A stretch of DNA of 34,166 nucleotides from Octopus bimaculoides (taxonomy: Eukaryota), in assembly GCF_001194135.2 (NCBI RefSeq), contig NC_069004.1:21834487-21868652 (forward strand). The letters run 5' to 3'. Within the stretch, counting starts at the first letter, position 1; the number at the start of each line of letters is the position of its first letter. Shown here one piece after another: positions 21,571-33,328 of this stretch. The position numbers and the translations under genes were made by a program. The notes beneath the pieces were generated by a model that searched no databases, had not been told where the DNA came from, and worked only from the letters and a program-made list of their open reading frames with translations.

Positions 21571-21746
21571 GGATGAAGATGCTCAATTACTCGCTACAGA
21601 TTAAGTACTTGGACACAAGTTAATGCCAATGATGATGACATGTGAGAAGGATTTAAATGCCTGCAATAGAATGAGCTCTGCTAAAAGAATTACTGAAGTA
21701 CTATATGATGGATTACACTGGATCAGGTATAAGGTCTGATACTTAC

Positions 21747-21882
21747 ATGAATGTGAGCACCCTTGCCAAATCCACCCATAAAAATCCAATCCACTGAAGT
21801 TGTTTCTGAATCCCCTGGCAGAAAATAAGGTTTCTCATAATGCTTCCTCAATTCAACAGAAATTTCTGGATCACAATTGCTC
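21747..21882 (-). CDS. JmjC/cupin-like protein, coding exon 2
   Basis: ttttcttcttctaag acceptor. Translates (W)SNCDPEISVELRKHYEKPYFLPGDSETTSVDWIFMGGFGKGAHIH. Donor CAT|gtaagt, phase 0. Phases match the neighbouring exons. Confidence 0.9.
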
Positions 21883-21936
21883 CTTAGAAGAAGAAAAAGA
21901 AAATTAGTTTTAAGTAACAAAATATAACTAAATGAC

Positions 21937-22126
21937 TGTTGTGGTGAGAGTCATTGACACCCCTGGGGGATTGGAAGAATAGACTAGCCGAACTCTTATA
22001 AGAGTAGAGGTTGGTAGTAGTGAGTAGAGAGCGTTTTGGTAGTCTCGTAAAGTATGCTGTGTGAACACATTGATCAAATCTCTGCTGCGTAATTTATATA
22101 TCTAACGTGTGTACAAGGATATAAAA
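21937..22126 (+). repeat. 5' LTR
   Basis: About 190 bp direct repeat of 25696-25885, roughly 88% identical by eye. Confidence 0.9.
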
Positions 22127-25100
22127 GTGGTGACAAGATATTCGAAGCTTGTGTCGGGTGTTTAAATTTTTTTTTTTTTGGTACGTAACCAAAGAAAGAA
22201 TCATTTTAACATGAAAAATTTGTTGGCTCACATGACTCACAACAACTGCAACAGCAACAACAATAGTCACAACAAATACAACAGCAACAACAACAAAACC
22301 AACAGTTACTGGAAGTAATGTTGAAGGAGTTTGAAAATACTTCAGGTTCATTCTCATCAGACAGTGTAGCAAATTCATTTGGAGAATTTATTTATAACTC
22401 AGAAGGTACTACTTTTTCTGCATATTTTAGAAGATACAAAGAAATCTTCAAAGAAGAATGTAAAAATTGGAATGATGAGAAAAAGGTGTGACTACTTTTA
22501 AGAAAGTTATCCCCTCCTAAACACAAAAAATACTGAAATTATATCCTGCCAAAGAAACCAGGTGAGATTTGTTTCAATGAAACAGTTAATCTGTTATCGA
22601 GAATTTTCACTGAAAGAAGTTCTCTGTTCAATACTTGTTCGCCGTGTTTAAATTTAGTTAAAAAAGATGAAGGTTTTGTCACCTATATGGGGTCATTAAT
22701 AGAGAGTGTGAAAAATTCAAATTAAATGAATTAACTTTGGATTTGTTCAAATGTTTAATTTTTGTTTAAGAGTTAACAGCAAGAAAAAATGCTGATATAT
22801 GTTCCCTTTTATTAACAAAATTAGAACAGGACCAAAAATTAACTCTACAGGCAGTGGCTGAAGAATGCCAAAGGATTATAAATTGAAGACATGACACTGA
22901 TAAAATTGAAGAAAAAGATTGCTCTTAGATACATTACGTGTTGACCTGAAATGAATAAGAAAGAAAGAAAATGAATGTCAAGACCAAATCCATGCTATGG
23001 TTACGGAGGTTTACATTTTAAAAGTAATTGTCCTTTCAAATGTCATAAATGTTTTGATTGTGGAAAAATTGGACATAAAATATCACATTGTATAGCAAAG
23101 CAAAAAAAATTCTAGACAGAATGTATTGTTAAAAAAAATTCTAAGCAAGGATCAGAAAAGAAAATATGTGTCCATAAAAATGAATAATGTGAATATCAAG
23201 TTACAATTGGATACGGGCAATGATATCATGATAATTAATACAGATACATGGGGAAAAAATAAGGAAACCTAGATTAAAGGAAACTTCAAAAATTGTGCGA
23301 GGTGTTTCAGGAAAAAAATTGCATTTTATGGGCGAAAGGATAAGTGATGTTACATTTTGTGGAAAAACTTTGAAAGCCAAAGATTTTGTGTTGAAAAATA
23401 CAAATTTATTTGGAACAGACTGGATGGAATTATTTAACTTATGGGACCTACCCATAAATATTTCTTGTAAAAATATGAATGGTTTTTCCGCCAGTACAAA
23501 TAAGGCATCAGATGATTTATAAAAAAACAATTTAAAAAATTTTTTCCTACAGTTTTTTCTGAGGAATTGGGTCTTTGCACCAAAACAGAGGCAAAGAAAA
23601 TGCTATACTGATTTTTAAACCAAAAAGAACGGTACCTTTTGCAGTGTTGAAAGAAGTCAACGAAGAATTGGATAGACTTGAAAAGCTTGGCATTATTGAA
23701 AAAATTGATTACTCAAAATGGGTGTCCCCAACAGTTTATGTCAAGAGAAAAATAATAAAATCTGAGTATGCGCTGATTTCTCAATGGGATTAAACAAATG
23801 TTTGATGCCATATAATTATCTGTTACTTAGTCTGGAAGAAATTTTCGCTAAGTTGAATGGAGGAAAACTTTTTTCAAAGTTGGACCTATCTGAAGCATAT
23901 TTGCAGGTAAAAGTCAATGAGGAATGTTCCAAATTATTGACAATAAATACCTATAAAGGGTTGTATAAATTTAATTGACTCCCCTTTGGTATAAAGGTAG
24001 CACCTGGCATATTCCAACAAATTATGGACATTATGCTTGTAGGTTTGGATTTCGCTGTAGTTTACCTTGATGACATACGTGTAAAAAGTGAGTCTCAATG
24101 TCAGCATGTTGAGCATGTTAAAAAGGTCTTCAAAAGAATAAAAGAGAATAGTTTTAAGCTCAGCGAGGAAAAGTGTGAATTTTTTATGCCAAGAATAAAA
24201 TATCTAGGGCAGATTTATTGATGAAAATGGATGCAGACCAGATCCGTCTAGGGTGAGTGCAATAAAAAATATGCCTCTCCCAACAAACACTACATCACAA
24301 GCATTTTTGGGGCTTGCAAATTACTACCACGTATACATACCGAATATGCATGATTTAAGAGCACCTCTCAATGATTTATTAATGTCTTAACGTCGGAATT
24401 GTCGTTAACACATTTTGACCTGAATTTAGGAAAAGTAGTGGCAGCAGATGCTAGTGAAAGTGGTATTGGAGCTGTGATTTTACACAAGTATGAAGATGGT
24501 AGCCTGTTCATTATTGCCAGTAGAGAAAAGCTACAGTCAAATAGAAAAAGAAGTATTTGCCATCATATATGTGGTAAAAAAATTCCATAAATTTATACAT
24601 GGAAGAAGGTTCCATCTGCAGACAGACCACCACCTGTTATTGTCGATCCACAAATCAAAAAAGGGTATCCCTACTCATACAGCCAACAGATTGCAGCGCT
24701 GGGAAACAATCCTCTTAAATTACAACTTCAAGATGGAGTATATGCCATTGAAAAAATTGGAACATGCAGATGGTTTATCAAGATTGATACCAAAATACAG
24801 TGAACCACTAAAAGACACAGTGATAGACTTCTAATAGTGGTAGATAGCTATACAAAATGGCCAGACATGTGTAAATGTAGCAAACTGATATCCACAGCAA
24901 CAGTTGAATTTCTACATGAACTTTTGCTAGATATGGTGTCCTAGATACCATAGTCTCTGATAACAGTACACAATTCACAGCGAATGAATTTAAGACTTTT
25001 TACAAGATGTACTCAATTGAATATATTACTACTCCTCTGTATCACCCAAGATCTAACAGGCAAGCTGAAAGGTAGGTTCATGGATACATTTAAAAGAGCA

Positions 25101-25695
25101 TTAAAGAAATTAAGAAACGACCTAGTTGATGATGCAGTATTGACACAACTCTTGAAGGTTTATAGGATAACACCAAACCCAGACACTTTTTCAGGCAAGT
25201 CACCTGTGGAACTAATGTTTGCTCGAAAAATAAAGTCAAATTCTGACAAGCTGCTACCAGTAAGAAAAACAAATAGAGAAAAGACTAAAAATATGATAGT
25301 TTTTTAATATTGGTGTCAAGGTGTTTTTCAAAATATATAAAAATGGAAGACGCGGTTGGGAAGACAGAGTAGTAACAAAAAGAATGAGGCGAAAAATGGG
25401 AACATAAAAGGCATTTAAACCATCTAAAAAAAAAATATACAGAAAAAAGAAAAGAGATACCCATAGAAGTGTTCGATGACACCTTTGACGTTCCAATGCC
25501 ACAAGAAATTGAACTTAGGCGTAGCAGCACAAGAAAGAGAAAACAAACAGAAGGGTTGAAAGCAGTGCCAAAACGGAAGAAATATTAAACTTCCCTAGAA
25601 GGAAAACTTCAAAAAGGGGGATGTGATGAAAGAAAAATAAATAAATAAAAATAATAATATTAACTTCGAATGGAAGTCAATCTCAAAGGAGGAGA

Positions 25696-25885
25696 TGTTG
25701 TAGCGAAAGTCATTGACACCCCTGGGGGATTGGAAGAATGGACTAGCTAAACTCTTATAAAGAGTAGAGGTTGGTAGTAGTCAGTAGAGAGTGTTTTGAT
25801 AGTCTCACAAAGTATATCATGTGAACATATTGATCAAAGCTCTTCATGTAATTTATATATTCAACATGTGTACAAGGATATAAAA
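25696..25885 (+). repeat. 3' LTR
   Basis: Starts TGTTG immediately after the PPT. Confidence 0.9.
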
Positions 25886-26290
25886 TGGATCAAGGACACA
25901 GACGTAGTTTCAGTAGAGGATCAAATCCCGGTCAGGGGATCAGTTATGCAATAAATTTAAATGAGGGCTGCTGAAAAGTTTCTGACTTTGGATAAGAGAA
26001 AATACAGGAGGATCAGTTAATTATGATTTTATCATTGAACATATTCCCCTTTCAGATTCACACACTTACTTGCAGTGGTCCTTTAGTTTTTCTAAACCTT
26101 GTAAAAGAACTTTAAAGATTGGGCCCCCAACCAAGCCTTTCACAATACCCTTAAAGCCAGGAACTTTTTAGCACCCACTCATATTTTCCAAAAGTAGTAA
26201 TTTCTCATAGCAGCATGAAAGCTACCTTTTCCCTAATCTGTAGTAATAATTATTTCTTAGATTTCCCTTTCTGTAAAGTAGTGGTGGCCC

Positions 26291-26291
<1 letters not shown>

Positions 26292-26322
<31 letters not shown>

Positions 26323-26350
26323 CCAATAAGGATGATGACAATGATGATAT
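26292..26350. repeat. (GAT)n microsatellite
   Basis: Direct reading. Confidence 0.9.
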
Positions 26351-26389
26351 GCCTGGTAGCAAAGAGAAATAAAGTTCTTTCCCATATCA

Positions 26390-26582
26390 TATAAACTCAT
26401 AGAGCTGGTTTCCTCACCTGGATGACATGCCAGTCCATTTCAGGAATACTCTGAGTGGACTGGAGCAACATGAAATGAAGTGTTTTGCTCAAGAACACAA
26501 CAAATTGCCTGATCCAGGAATCAAAACCACAATCTTACAATTATGAGTCCAACACCCTAACCACTAAGCCATGCACCTCTAT
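26390..26582 (-). mobile_element. tRNA-derived SINE of another family
   Basis: Minus-strand head gaggtgcatggcttagtggttagggtgttggactc...gtggttttgattcctgg with A/B-box-like motifs. Confidence 0.7.
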
Positions 26583-26919
26583 ACATGCTTGGTATTGACT
26601 AGAGAAGGAAGAAAGTGCTTGTTTTTGTTATTATAGTCGTTGTTCTGCTTCACCATCACCCCCACCCCAACAGGCCAAATCAAACAGAGATAAGATTGAA
26701 AGCCATTCCACTCATGACCATCTTCCTTTGATCAAGTTTCATGACACACTTGAGATCAGATAAAAAATGTTTACTGGTACACACAAAAGGGAAGTATAAA
26801 GCCAAACTGCTAAGTCATCGGTATGTAAATGCACCAACAGTTGTTGTCGAGCAATAGTGGGAGGGGGGACAAGCACTAACATAAAGACACATACACTCAC
26901 ACGCACACAAACATATATA

Positions 26920-27073
26920 ATGGTTTCTTTCAGTTTCCGTCGACCAAATTCACGCACAAGGCTTTGGTCGTCCCGAGGCTATAGTAGACATTTGCCCAAG
27001 GTATAATGTAGTGGGACTGAACCTGGTACTATGTGGTTGGGAAGCAAGCTTCTTATCACACAACCACACCTGC
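26920..27073 (-). mobile_element. tRNA-derived SINE
   Basis: Same family as 11351-11515. Confidence 0.8.
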
Positions 27074-27599
27074 ATATAAACAAATGATAAATTACACATT
27101 TTCAAGGTGCTGAAGTTTTGGTGTGGATTTTCTAAAGTCTCAAATTATATTTTTAAAAATCAATGACACACTTAGAATTCCTTTACAGCACAGCATTCAA
27201 AAAGCACCAGACAAAATCATAAAACAAAATATCAAACAAACACAACACAAAGAATAAAACAAAATACACACAAATGCACCAATATGTGTAAGCAATGATG
27301 ACTAAAGCAAACTAAAGAATCTGCACATGTCTAGCCAGTATATAGTATGAATGATTAAAGACACAACTTTCTAAAATCTTTGCCTCCATTCTAAAGTCAA
27401 ATTATTAAGCACAGCTGTCCCAACAATTTTTTAAAAATAACTTAGCCACCTCCAGTCCACAAACACTCCAGTTTTTATAGGAATGTTTCCCCTCATAAGA
27501 GATGAAAGATCTGTTATACTACAAAGTAGGCCAAAAGTCATGCACCAATACATTTGACAATTATTTATGTTAATTACATTATTTTTATTATTATTGGTG

Positions 27600-27995
27600 T
27601 TTCGCCCGTTGCTACATTCTGAGTTCAAATTCTGCCAAGGTTGACTTTGCCTTTCATCCTTTTGGGGTCGATAAATTAAGTACCAGTTGCGTACTGGGGT
27701 CGATCTAATTGACTGGCCCCCTCCCCCAAAATTTTGGGCCTTCTGCCTAAAGTAGAAAAGATTATTATAATTATTATTCATAGGATGGCGAGCTGGCAGA
27801 ATCATTAGCATACCAGGTGAAATGCTTAGTGATATTTCATCTGCCTTCACGTTCTGAGTTCAAATTCCACCAAGGTCAATTTTGCATTTCATCCTTTCAA
27901 GGTCAATAAAATAAGTACCAGTCGAGTACTGGAGTCGATGTAATTGACTACCCCTCTCCCACACATTTCAGGCCTTGGCCTAAAGTAGAAAGAAT
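27600..27995 (+). mobile_element. Two tandem SINE copies (27600-27772 5'-truncated; 27782-27995 with tRNA-like head)
   Basis: ggcgagctggcagaatc head; shared ttctgagttcaaattc...tttcatcctt...taagtaccag...aattgact...cctaaagtagaaa + (ATT)n tail. Confidence 0.8.
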
Positions 27996-28194
27996 TATCA
28001 TTATTCATTTTGTTCATCATGTACATGTGTATTCATCATTATTTTATTCAATTTTAAAAAATTGAAGCATGTCTTTGACAATTCCGGAGTGTATCGAACT
28101 TATTTTGTGGATGACTTTAGGCCCAGCCCGTATATTATGTGTGTGTTTTTACATGGCTCTACCAACAAATCAAAATATTCTCATTATCATCATT

Positions 28195-28370
28195 TTAACA
28201 CTCATTTTACCATGCATACATGATTTGGGTGGAATTTGTTGGAGGCAGATTTTCAATGGCTAGATACCCTTCCTGTTGCCAATGTTCCCCTGTTTCCAAG
28301 AAACACAATATTTCTGCATGACCAGACATATTTTCACAGAATATTGGAAACAAGAGACACCACTTGCTTG
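28195..28370 (-). mobile_element. Degenerate RTE-tail-like repeat
   Basis: ttttcaatggctagatacccttcctgttgccaa resembles the reverse complement of the RTE tail core. Confidence 0.5.
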
Positions 28371-28411
28371 GTGATGTTAAGGCAAAGAGACAGTAACATA
28401 CACACACACAC

Positions 28412-28583
28412 ATGACAGGCTTCTTTTTGTTTCCACCTACCAAATCCATTTACAAAGCTTTGGTAGGCCCGAGGTTATAGCAGAAGACAATTTGCCAAAG
28501 GTGCCAGACAGTCGCATTCAGTCTGGAATCATGTAGTTGGGAAGCCAACTTCTTACCACACAGCCATGCCTGTGCCTGCACCT
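28412..28583 (-). mobile_element. tRNA-derived SINE starting ~38 nt inside intron 1 of the JmjC/cupin gene
   Basis: Same family as 11351-11515. Confidence 0.8.
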
Positions 28584-28621
28584 ATAGAAATAGAAATCAA
28601 CGAAAATCCTGAGTTACTTAC

Positions 28622-29301
28622 CATCCAACATACCAAGGTAATTGACCAGGATCAAACCGAGCCCTGGCCAGGGGCATTCCTAAGAACTGAGCAAAACTTG
28701 TAAAATTAGTGTTGTATGGGAAAAACATGCATTCTTCCAAATGGCTCAGTCTTGAACTAAAAAGTTTATGGAAGAAGTTGAAATTGAACATCTTCAGAGC
28801 TGTCCAGTTAGTTGTAGCATTTTTGATCAAAACAGGATGTCCAGTATATGCATATTTTTGCATGAAGTTTTCTGTGCTGATGTTAAATTCTGTTGGCACT
28901 GAATCCATTCCAAGACACAGCTCTTCACAGTTTGAAGCTGGTCTCAATACTTCCATCAGGATTTCATTGTTTTCAAGCAAACATGGTGAGTTATGAAGCC
29001 AATCCTGAAATGTTGGTGAAAGAACAAGACAAAGGGTGAATGCAATGACGATAATGTGATGTAGTGTTTTCTTCCATTGCCATATAACCATTGTCAGCTT
29101 CCTCTCTTCAGTAAGTTGCAGATGTGATCTAACAAGACAGTGGACCATATTAATATCAATACCAGAAAGTCTTGCTTTTTCATATATTATTTCCAGTTTC
29201 CTAGTCAAATCTAACAATTGCTCTGGTTCTTTTAAAGATGTATCACTATTTTTAGTTGTCTTTGAGGGTGGGAAATTTCTAAGTCTGTTTCTGGTTACCA
29301 T
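28622..29301 (-). CDS. Uncharacterised JmjC/cupin-like single-pass membrane protein, coding exon 1 (aa 1-227)
   Basis: 227-codon ORF with hydrophobic IIVIAFTLCLVLSPTF and 'KYAYTGHPVLIKNATTNW', resembling the N-terminal part of JmjC/Cupin_8-type proteins. Donor TG|gtaagt at 28621, phase 2. Confidence 0.88.
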
Positions 29302-29394
29302 TCTTGTGCAAAAGGCAGAACTTGCTGTCTTTTTGGAAGACTAAAAGAAGTAAATTCAACTTATACTGCTGGAGTTCTTAGTTTACAACTAATC

Positions 29395-29660
29395 CTTGTG
29401 TGTGTGATGTGTGCATGTGTGTATGTGCATGTGTGTGTATGTGCATGTGTGTGTACGTACATGCATGTGTAAGCATGAATGTGTGGGGTGGTCTTTGTGT
29501 ATTCGCATGTGTGTATAGAAAAGCAGCTGGCAGGTGTTATGAGGATGATAGGAGCATGTCAATAATGTAACAATTAAGTCACGTTCCACACTCAGTACTA
29601 CATTTCAGGCACATGCATGTGTGTGTGTGTGTGTGTGTGTATGTGTGCATGCGTATGTGA
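29395..29660. repeat. Degenerate (GT)/(GTAT)/(GCAT) microsatellite region
   Basis: Direct reading. Confidence 0.8.
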
Positions 29661-30394
29661 TTCAAATAATTGTTGACTTTATTTTCTATCTAAACTCACT
29701 TAAGAGAAAGAGAGACAGAGAGATGTGCAATGAAGAAGAAGAAGAAAAAGAAGATGATGAAAAGAAGAGAAGGAGGTTAAGTGAGTCATGTGTGTGAACC
29801 ATCAAATAGTAAAATGAGTTTGTGTATATTCAGATGTCTATAAAATAGATACTTTTGTTAATTATATAAAGGAAACAAAATGAACCAACAAACCAGTATG
29901 GAAAGTAGACATAAAATTATTATGTTGATGATGATGGTATATGAATGTGTGCGTGTTTGTGTGTGTGTGTATGTGTGTAAATATATATATTTTTTTATAC
30001 ATATATATATATTTAAGTGTTGGGTATGTTTCCTAGAAGTATGCCAATAAAGCACATTCACTGTCTATGGCTACCTGGTATCATCCACAATAATTACATA
30101 ATTGTTGCTGGTTCTACTTCAGGAGATCTGCAGTGTACATTGAGTATAAAACAAACGATAGAGATGGAAAATGGAATACATGGGAAACTTTATTGTTCAC
30201 AATGATTGTTTTGACACATCCTGCATCGATCCCTCATGGGTGGGAAACTATACAACTTGCTGTGGTGCACCCCTTGGTGCAGAAGCGTCTTGTCAGGTGA
30301 CATAATAAGAGGTATCTCGTTAAATGAACTCTGTTTCACTCGGATTAATACAGCATGTTGTTAGTGTCCATAGTTTAAGGCTGTTGGGCCAATA

Positions 30395-30595
30395 TTATTT
30401 TGTTAGAATGCTGGACAAAATGCTTAGTGACATTTTGTCTGTCTTTATGTTCTGAGTTCAAATTCTGCCAGGGTTGACTTTGCTTTCATCCTTTCAGGGT
30501 CAATAAAATAAGTATCGGCTGAGCACTGGGGTCAATTTAATTGACTTACCCCTTCTCCCAAACTACTGGCCTTGTACCGAAATTTGAAACCAATA
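30395..30595 (+). mobile_element. SINE of the 27782 family, followed by a short RTE-tail fragment (~30630-30700)
   Basis: aaatgcttagtgacattt...ttctgagttcaaattctgcc...aaatttgaaacca. Confidence 0.75.
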
Positions 30596-31589
30596 TATGA
30601 AACATTGGAAGATGTTGTCCTATAACTTATTGAACTGTCCTACCCATGTCAGCATGGAAAGTGGACATAACAGGATGATAATGGTGATGATGATAATATA
30701 TGTGTGTGATGACAGTTGACTTGCAATCCCATTTCCTTTTGAGATGTAGTACTCCCTGTCATAGGTTCTTACAATGAAGACATATATCACAATGTCAAGA
30801 CAAGAATCCATCTCCAAGACACTGACATCACGTGAATGGAGTACATAACCATGTAGGCAATGGGGGGGGGGGAATCACAGCAGCTCCAGTGTACACCACA
30901 TCTTTCATGTGACCTAACAAGTGGGGAAGCTATGAATGTGGCAATATTTCATTATATGTCCATACAATACCCTGGCATCTGCAATGAAAGACATACCATT
31001 TGCTTGTAGTTGTAAGAATTTTGAGGTTTGACTTCATCATCATTTAAGCCCACTTTTCCAGTGCTAGTATGAATTGAATGGGTTGCCACAGTGCATTCTC
31101 ATTAAATAGGCTTTGGATCCCATCATGTTCATATATTACCTTACATGGGATGATTTCTTAAATTGGATGCTCTTTTTATCACCAATCGTTTTACAGAATG
31201 TCCTGGGTACACTTTACCATTGTACCAGCACTAAAGAGGTTGCCATGATCTTAGCAACACTTAAGAGCCCCCACTACCCTGTGTTGCATTTGTTTCTTCA
31301 CCAATAATAATTTAAAAAAAGACCCCCTCTTGCCTGCTTTGTCTCCATTTATTTGTACTATTAATTCATACTACTTGATAGGAAGAGCCAATGTGAGAGG
31401 ATGATAAAAGAGAGAGACAGTTACATGATGGTTGTTGGTAAAGAGACTGGATAGAAATAGCATGAGCAAGAGAGATCAAAGTCTAAACATGAAACATCCC
31501 ATAATGGTGGGGGAGGAGAGAGAGTGACAGGTGAAAGATAGATGTTCATAAATGTTTCTAACTGAAGAACAAAGCCTTTGAAGACAGAG

Positions 31590-31755
31590 GTCAGTCAGTT
31601 AAATTAACCCCAGTAGTTGACTGGTACTTTATTTTGACTTAACCCAGAGGGATGAAAAGCAAAATTGTCCTCAGCAGGATTTGAATGGAGAATGCAAAAT
31701 GTCAGAACAAGTATCTCAAAGCATTTTGCTTGGCACTAACAATTCTGCCAATCTA
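31590..31755 (-). mobile_element. Degenerate SINE of the 27782 family
   Basis: ctggtactttatttt...gatgaaaagcaaa...ctaacaattctgcca. Confidence 0.6.
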
Positions 31756-31879
31756 CTATCTTAATGCATACCAATAAAGAATTAAAGAGGAGTGGAGAGA
31801 TATATGAGAGGGAGAGAGGAGTAACAATAAAGATGGGAGATGGTAAGAGAGAGAGATGCATGCCAATTATGACCACCAC

Positions 31880-32600
31880 CACCATTATTATATCCATTTT
31901 ACCATGCTTGCTTGGGTTGGAAAGGTCTTGTCAATCAACACTTCACCATTTGATGCAATCCTTTGCTGTCTCTTACATCTGTGTTAGACTCTTGTGAATA
32001 GTCTTCACCTCTTCATCTTTTTCCAGAACTTCTGATTACTTGGAACTCTTAGCACTTCTTTATACAACTTACACCTGTCATAGGTATCACTTACCAGCAC
32101 AGTTTTTTCTTTTCTTACACACCGTTTGATCCTTCTTGTATCCAGTTTTCTCTCAGCTGATTTGTGCTTTGACATTTGTTCACACTAACATCACACAACC
32201 AGTGAAACATAGTCATCTCTTTCTTTCTCCAGCCTTCACGAATTCTCTTTATTCAGGGTCCACATCCCACTACTGTGCAGTACAACACTTTAAATACAAA
32301 TACTGCATTTTCTAGTAGCAAGTTGACATAGTATATAATGTATATGTAGTGTCAACATTCAAGCATCATCACTATCTCTCCAAATGCTGCTGCATTTCAC
32401 ATGGAATTTTTGATCCTCCAAAGTGAACCCATCCCTTTTGGGCTGTAAATTTTGGTCTGAAAAGTTTGACTTGTAAACCAGAATATACAGTGTCATACAA
32501 TCTGCTCCTCACACAAATAAAGAATCTTTCTTACTCTGCCAGCTATACTTTTAGAACACCCACCTTCACTGCAAATTATAGACTGCTGAGTAACAAAAGT
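31880..32600 (-). mobile_element. Highly decayed RTE ORF2 C-terminal remnant
   Basis: Minus strand parallels 15900-16170 (ctgcacagtagtgg..tgtggaccctg, cactggttgtgtgatgttagtgtg, ctgagagaaaactgg). Confidence 0.6.
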
Positions 32601-32881
32601 TACCTTTTCTCGGGTGTCTTCTGAACATGAGATTTATTTCATGCGTACTTTTACTGTTAATTTCTGTGTATCTGCCACATTTGAAGATTACATATTCCCA
32701 GTCTGTGATCCCATGACATCTTCTGCACCTATGGTTTACATAGGGTCCAATATTGAATTTCTACCTACTCTTTTTCTGCATATCAATTCTGGTATTTGAT
32801 TGGTACTTTATTTTATCAATTGTAAAAGGATGAAAATTAAAGTGACTTCCAGGCATGGTTTGAACTTACATACTATAATAC

Positions 32882-33328
32882 TGTGTAACAATTTTTGTCC
32901 TTGGGTAGCAACTGTTATTTCCTATTTGCTTACTTCTAGAAAGTAAGAAAAATGGTTAACAGTTCCTTTTGTTACATTTATTCAAACCCCAAAGAATCCT
33001 TCTCAACACATGGCTATGATGCTCCCCCTATTACTCTTGTTCATGATCAGAGATGCACATATTGTCAGTCACTAAGGAACATGCTCAAGTGGTTAAGGTG
33101 AATTTGGTATTGAGCAGAATATTTGCTGTAATGATAGTTCTGCTTCAGCAACTCAGTGCTGAATCTGTCTGAAATGTAATGGAAAATAGGTCAGTTTCAA
33201 AACATTGATGTCCAGGTTACAAAAGCAAACATTGACGAGAATAGTTACCATTTCCTTTGATTTCTAGAGAGAAGCAAATAGGAAATAACACTTACTGACC
33301 AATGACAAAAAAAAAATAAATGTAACCA
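32882..33328. mobile_element. MITE-like element with ~80 bp imperfect terminal inverted repeats
   Basis: Left tttgtccttgggtagcaactgttatttcctatttgctt..ttctagaaa matches the rc of right tttctagagagaagcaaataggaaataacacttactgaccaatgacaaa. Confidence 0.65.

Larger units (their letters stand above)
21937..25885 (+). mobile_element. Ty3/Gypsy (K02A2.6-like) LTR retrotransposon with both LTRs, decayed and internally deleted, ~3.95 kb
   Basis: LTRs near 21937-22126 and 25696-25885. PBS-like TGGTGAC (22128), PPT aaaggaggaga (25685-25695). Q-rich gag, CCHC knuckles, LDTG (23210), YLDD (24063), RNase H 'AADASESGIGAVIL', integrase 'VVDSYTKWP'. Antisense within intron 1 of the JmjC/cupin gene. Confidence 0.93.

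Noticed and set aside
21883-21920. N-terminus MLLKTNFLFLLLR of ORF 21723-21920 as a signal peptide
   Set aside because: It is the translated polypyrimidine tract of the intron; the splice phase fits an acceptor at 21883.
22094-22378. Hydrophobic 94-aa minus-strand ORF that looks like a membrane protein
   Set aside because: The Val-rich run is the antisense reading of CAA/CAG repeats in the Gypsy gag start.
21930-25892. Target-site duplication of the two-LTR Gypsy element
   Set aside because: The flanks (atgac and tggat) do not match and both LTRs end in AAAA rather than CA, so no TSD is claimed. The PBS match to tRNA-Trp is only 7 nt, so the primer is unassigned.
28709-28996. 95-aa plus-strand ORF
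   Set aside because: Antisense shadow of coding exon 1 with no recognisable motif.
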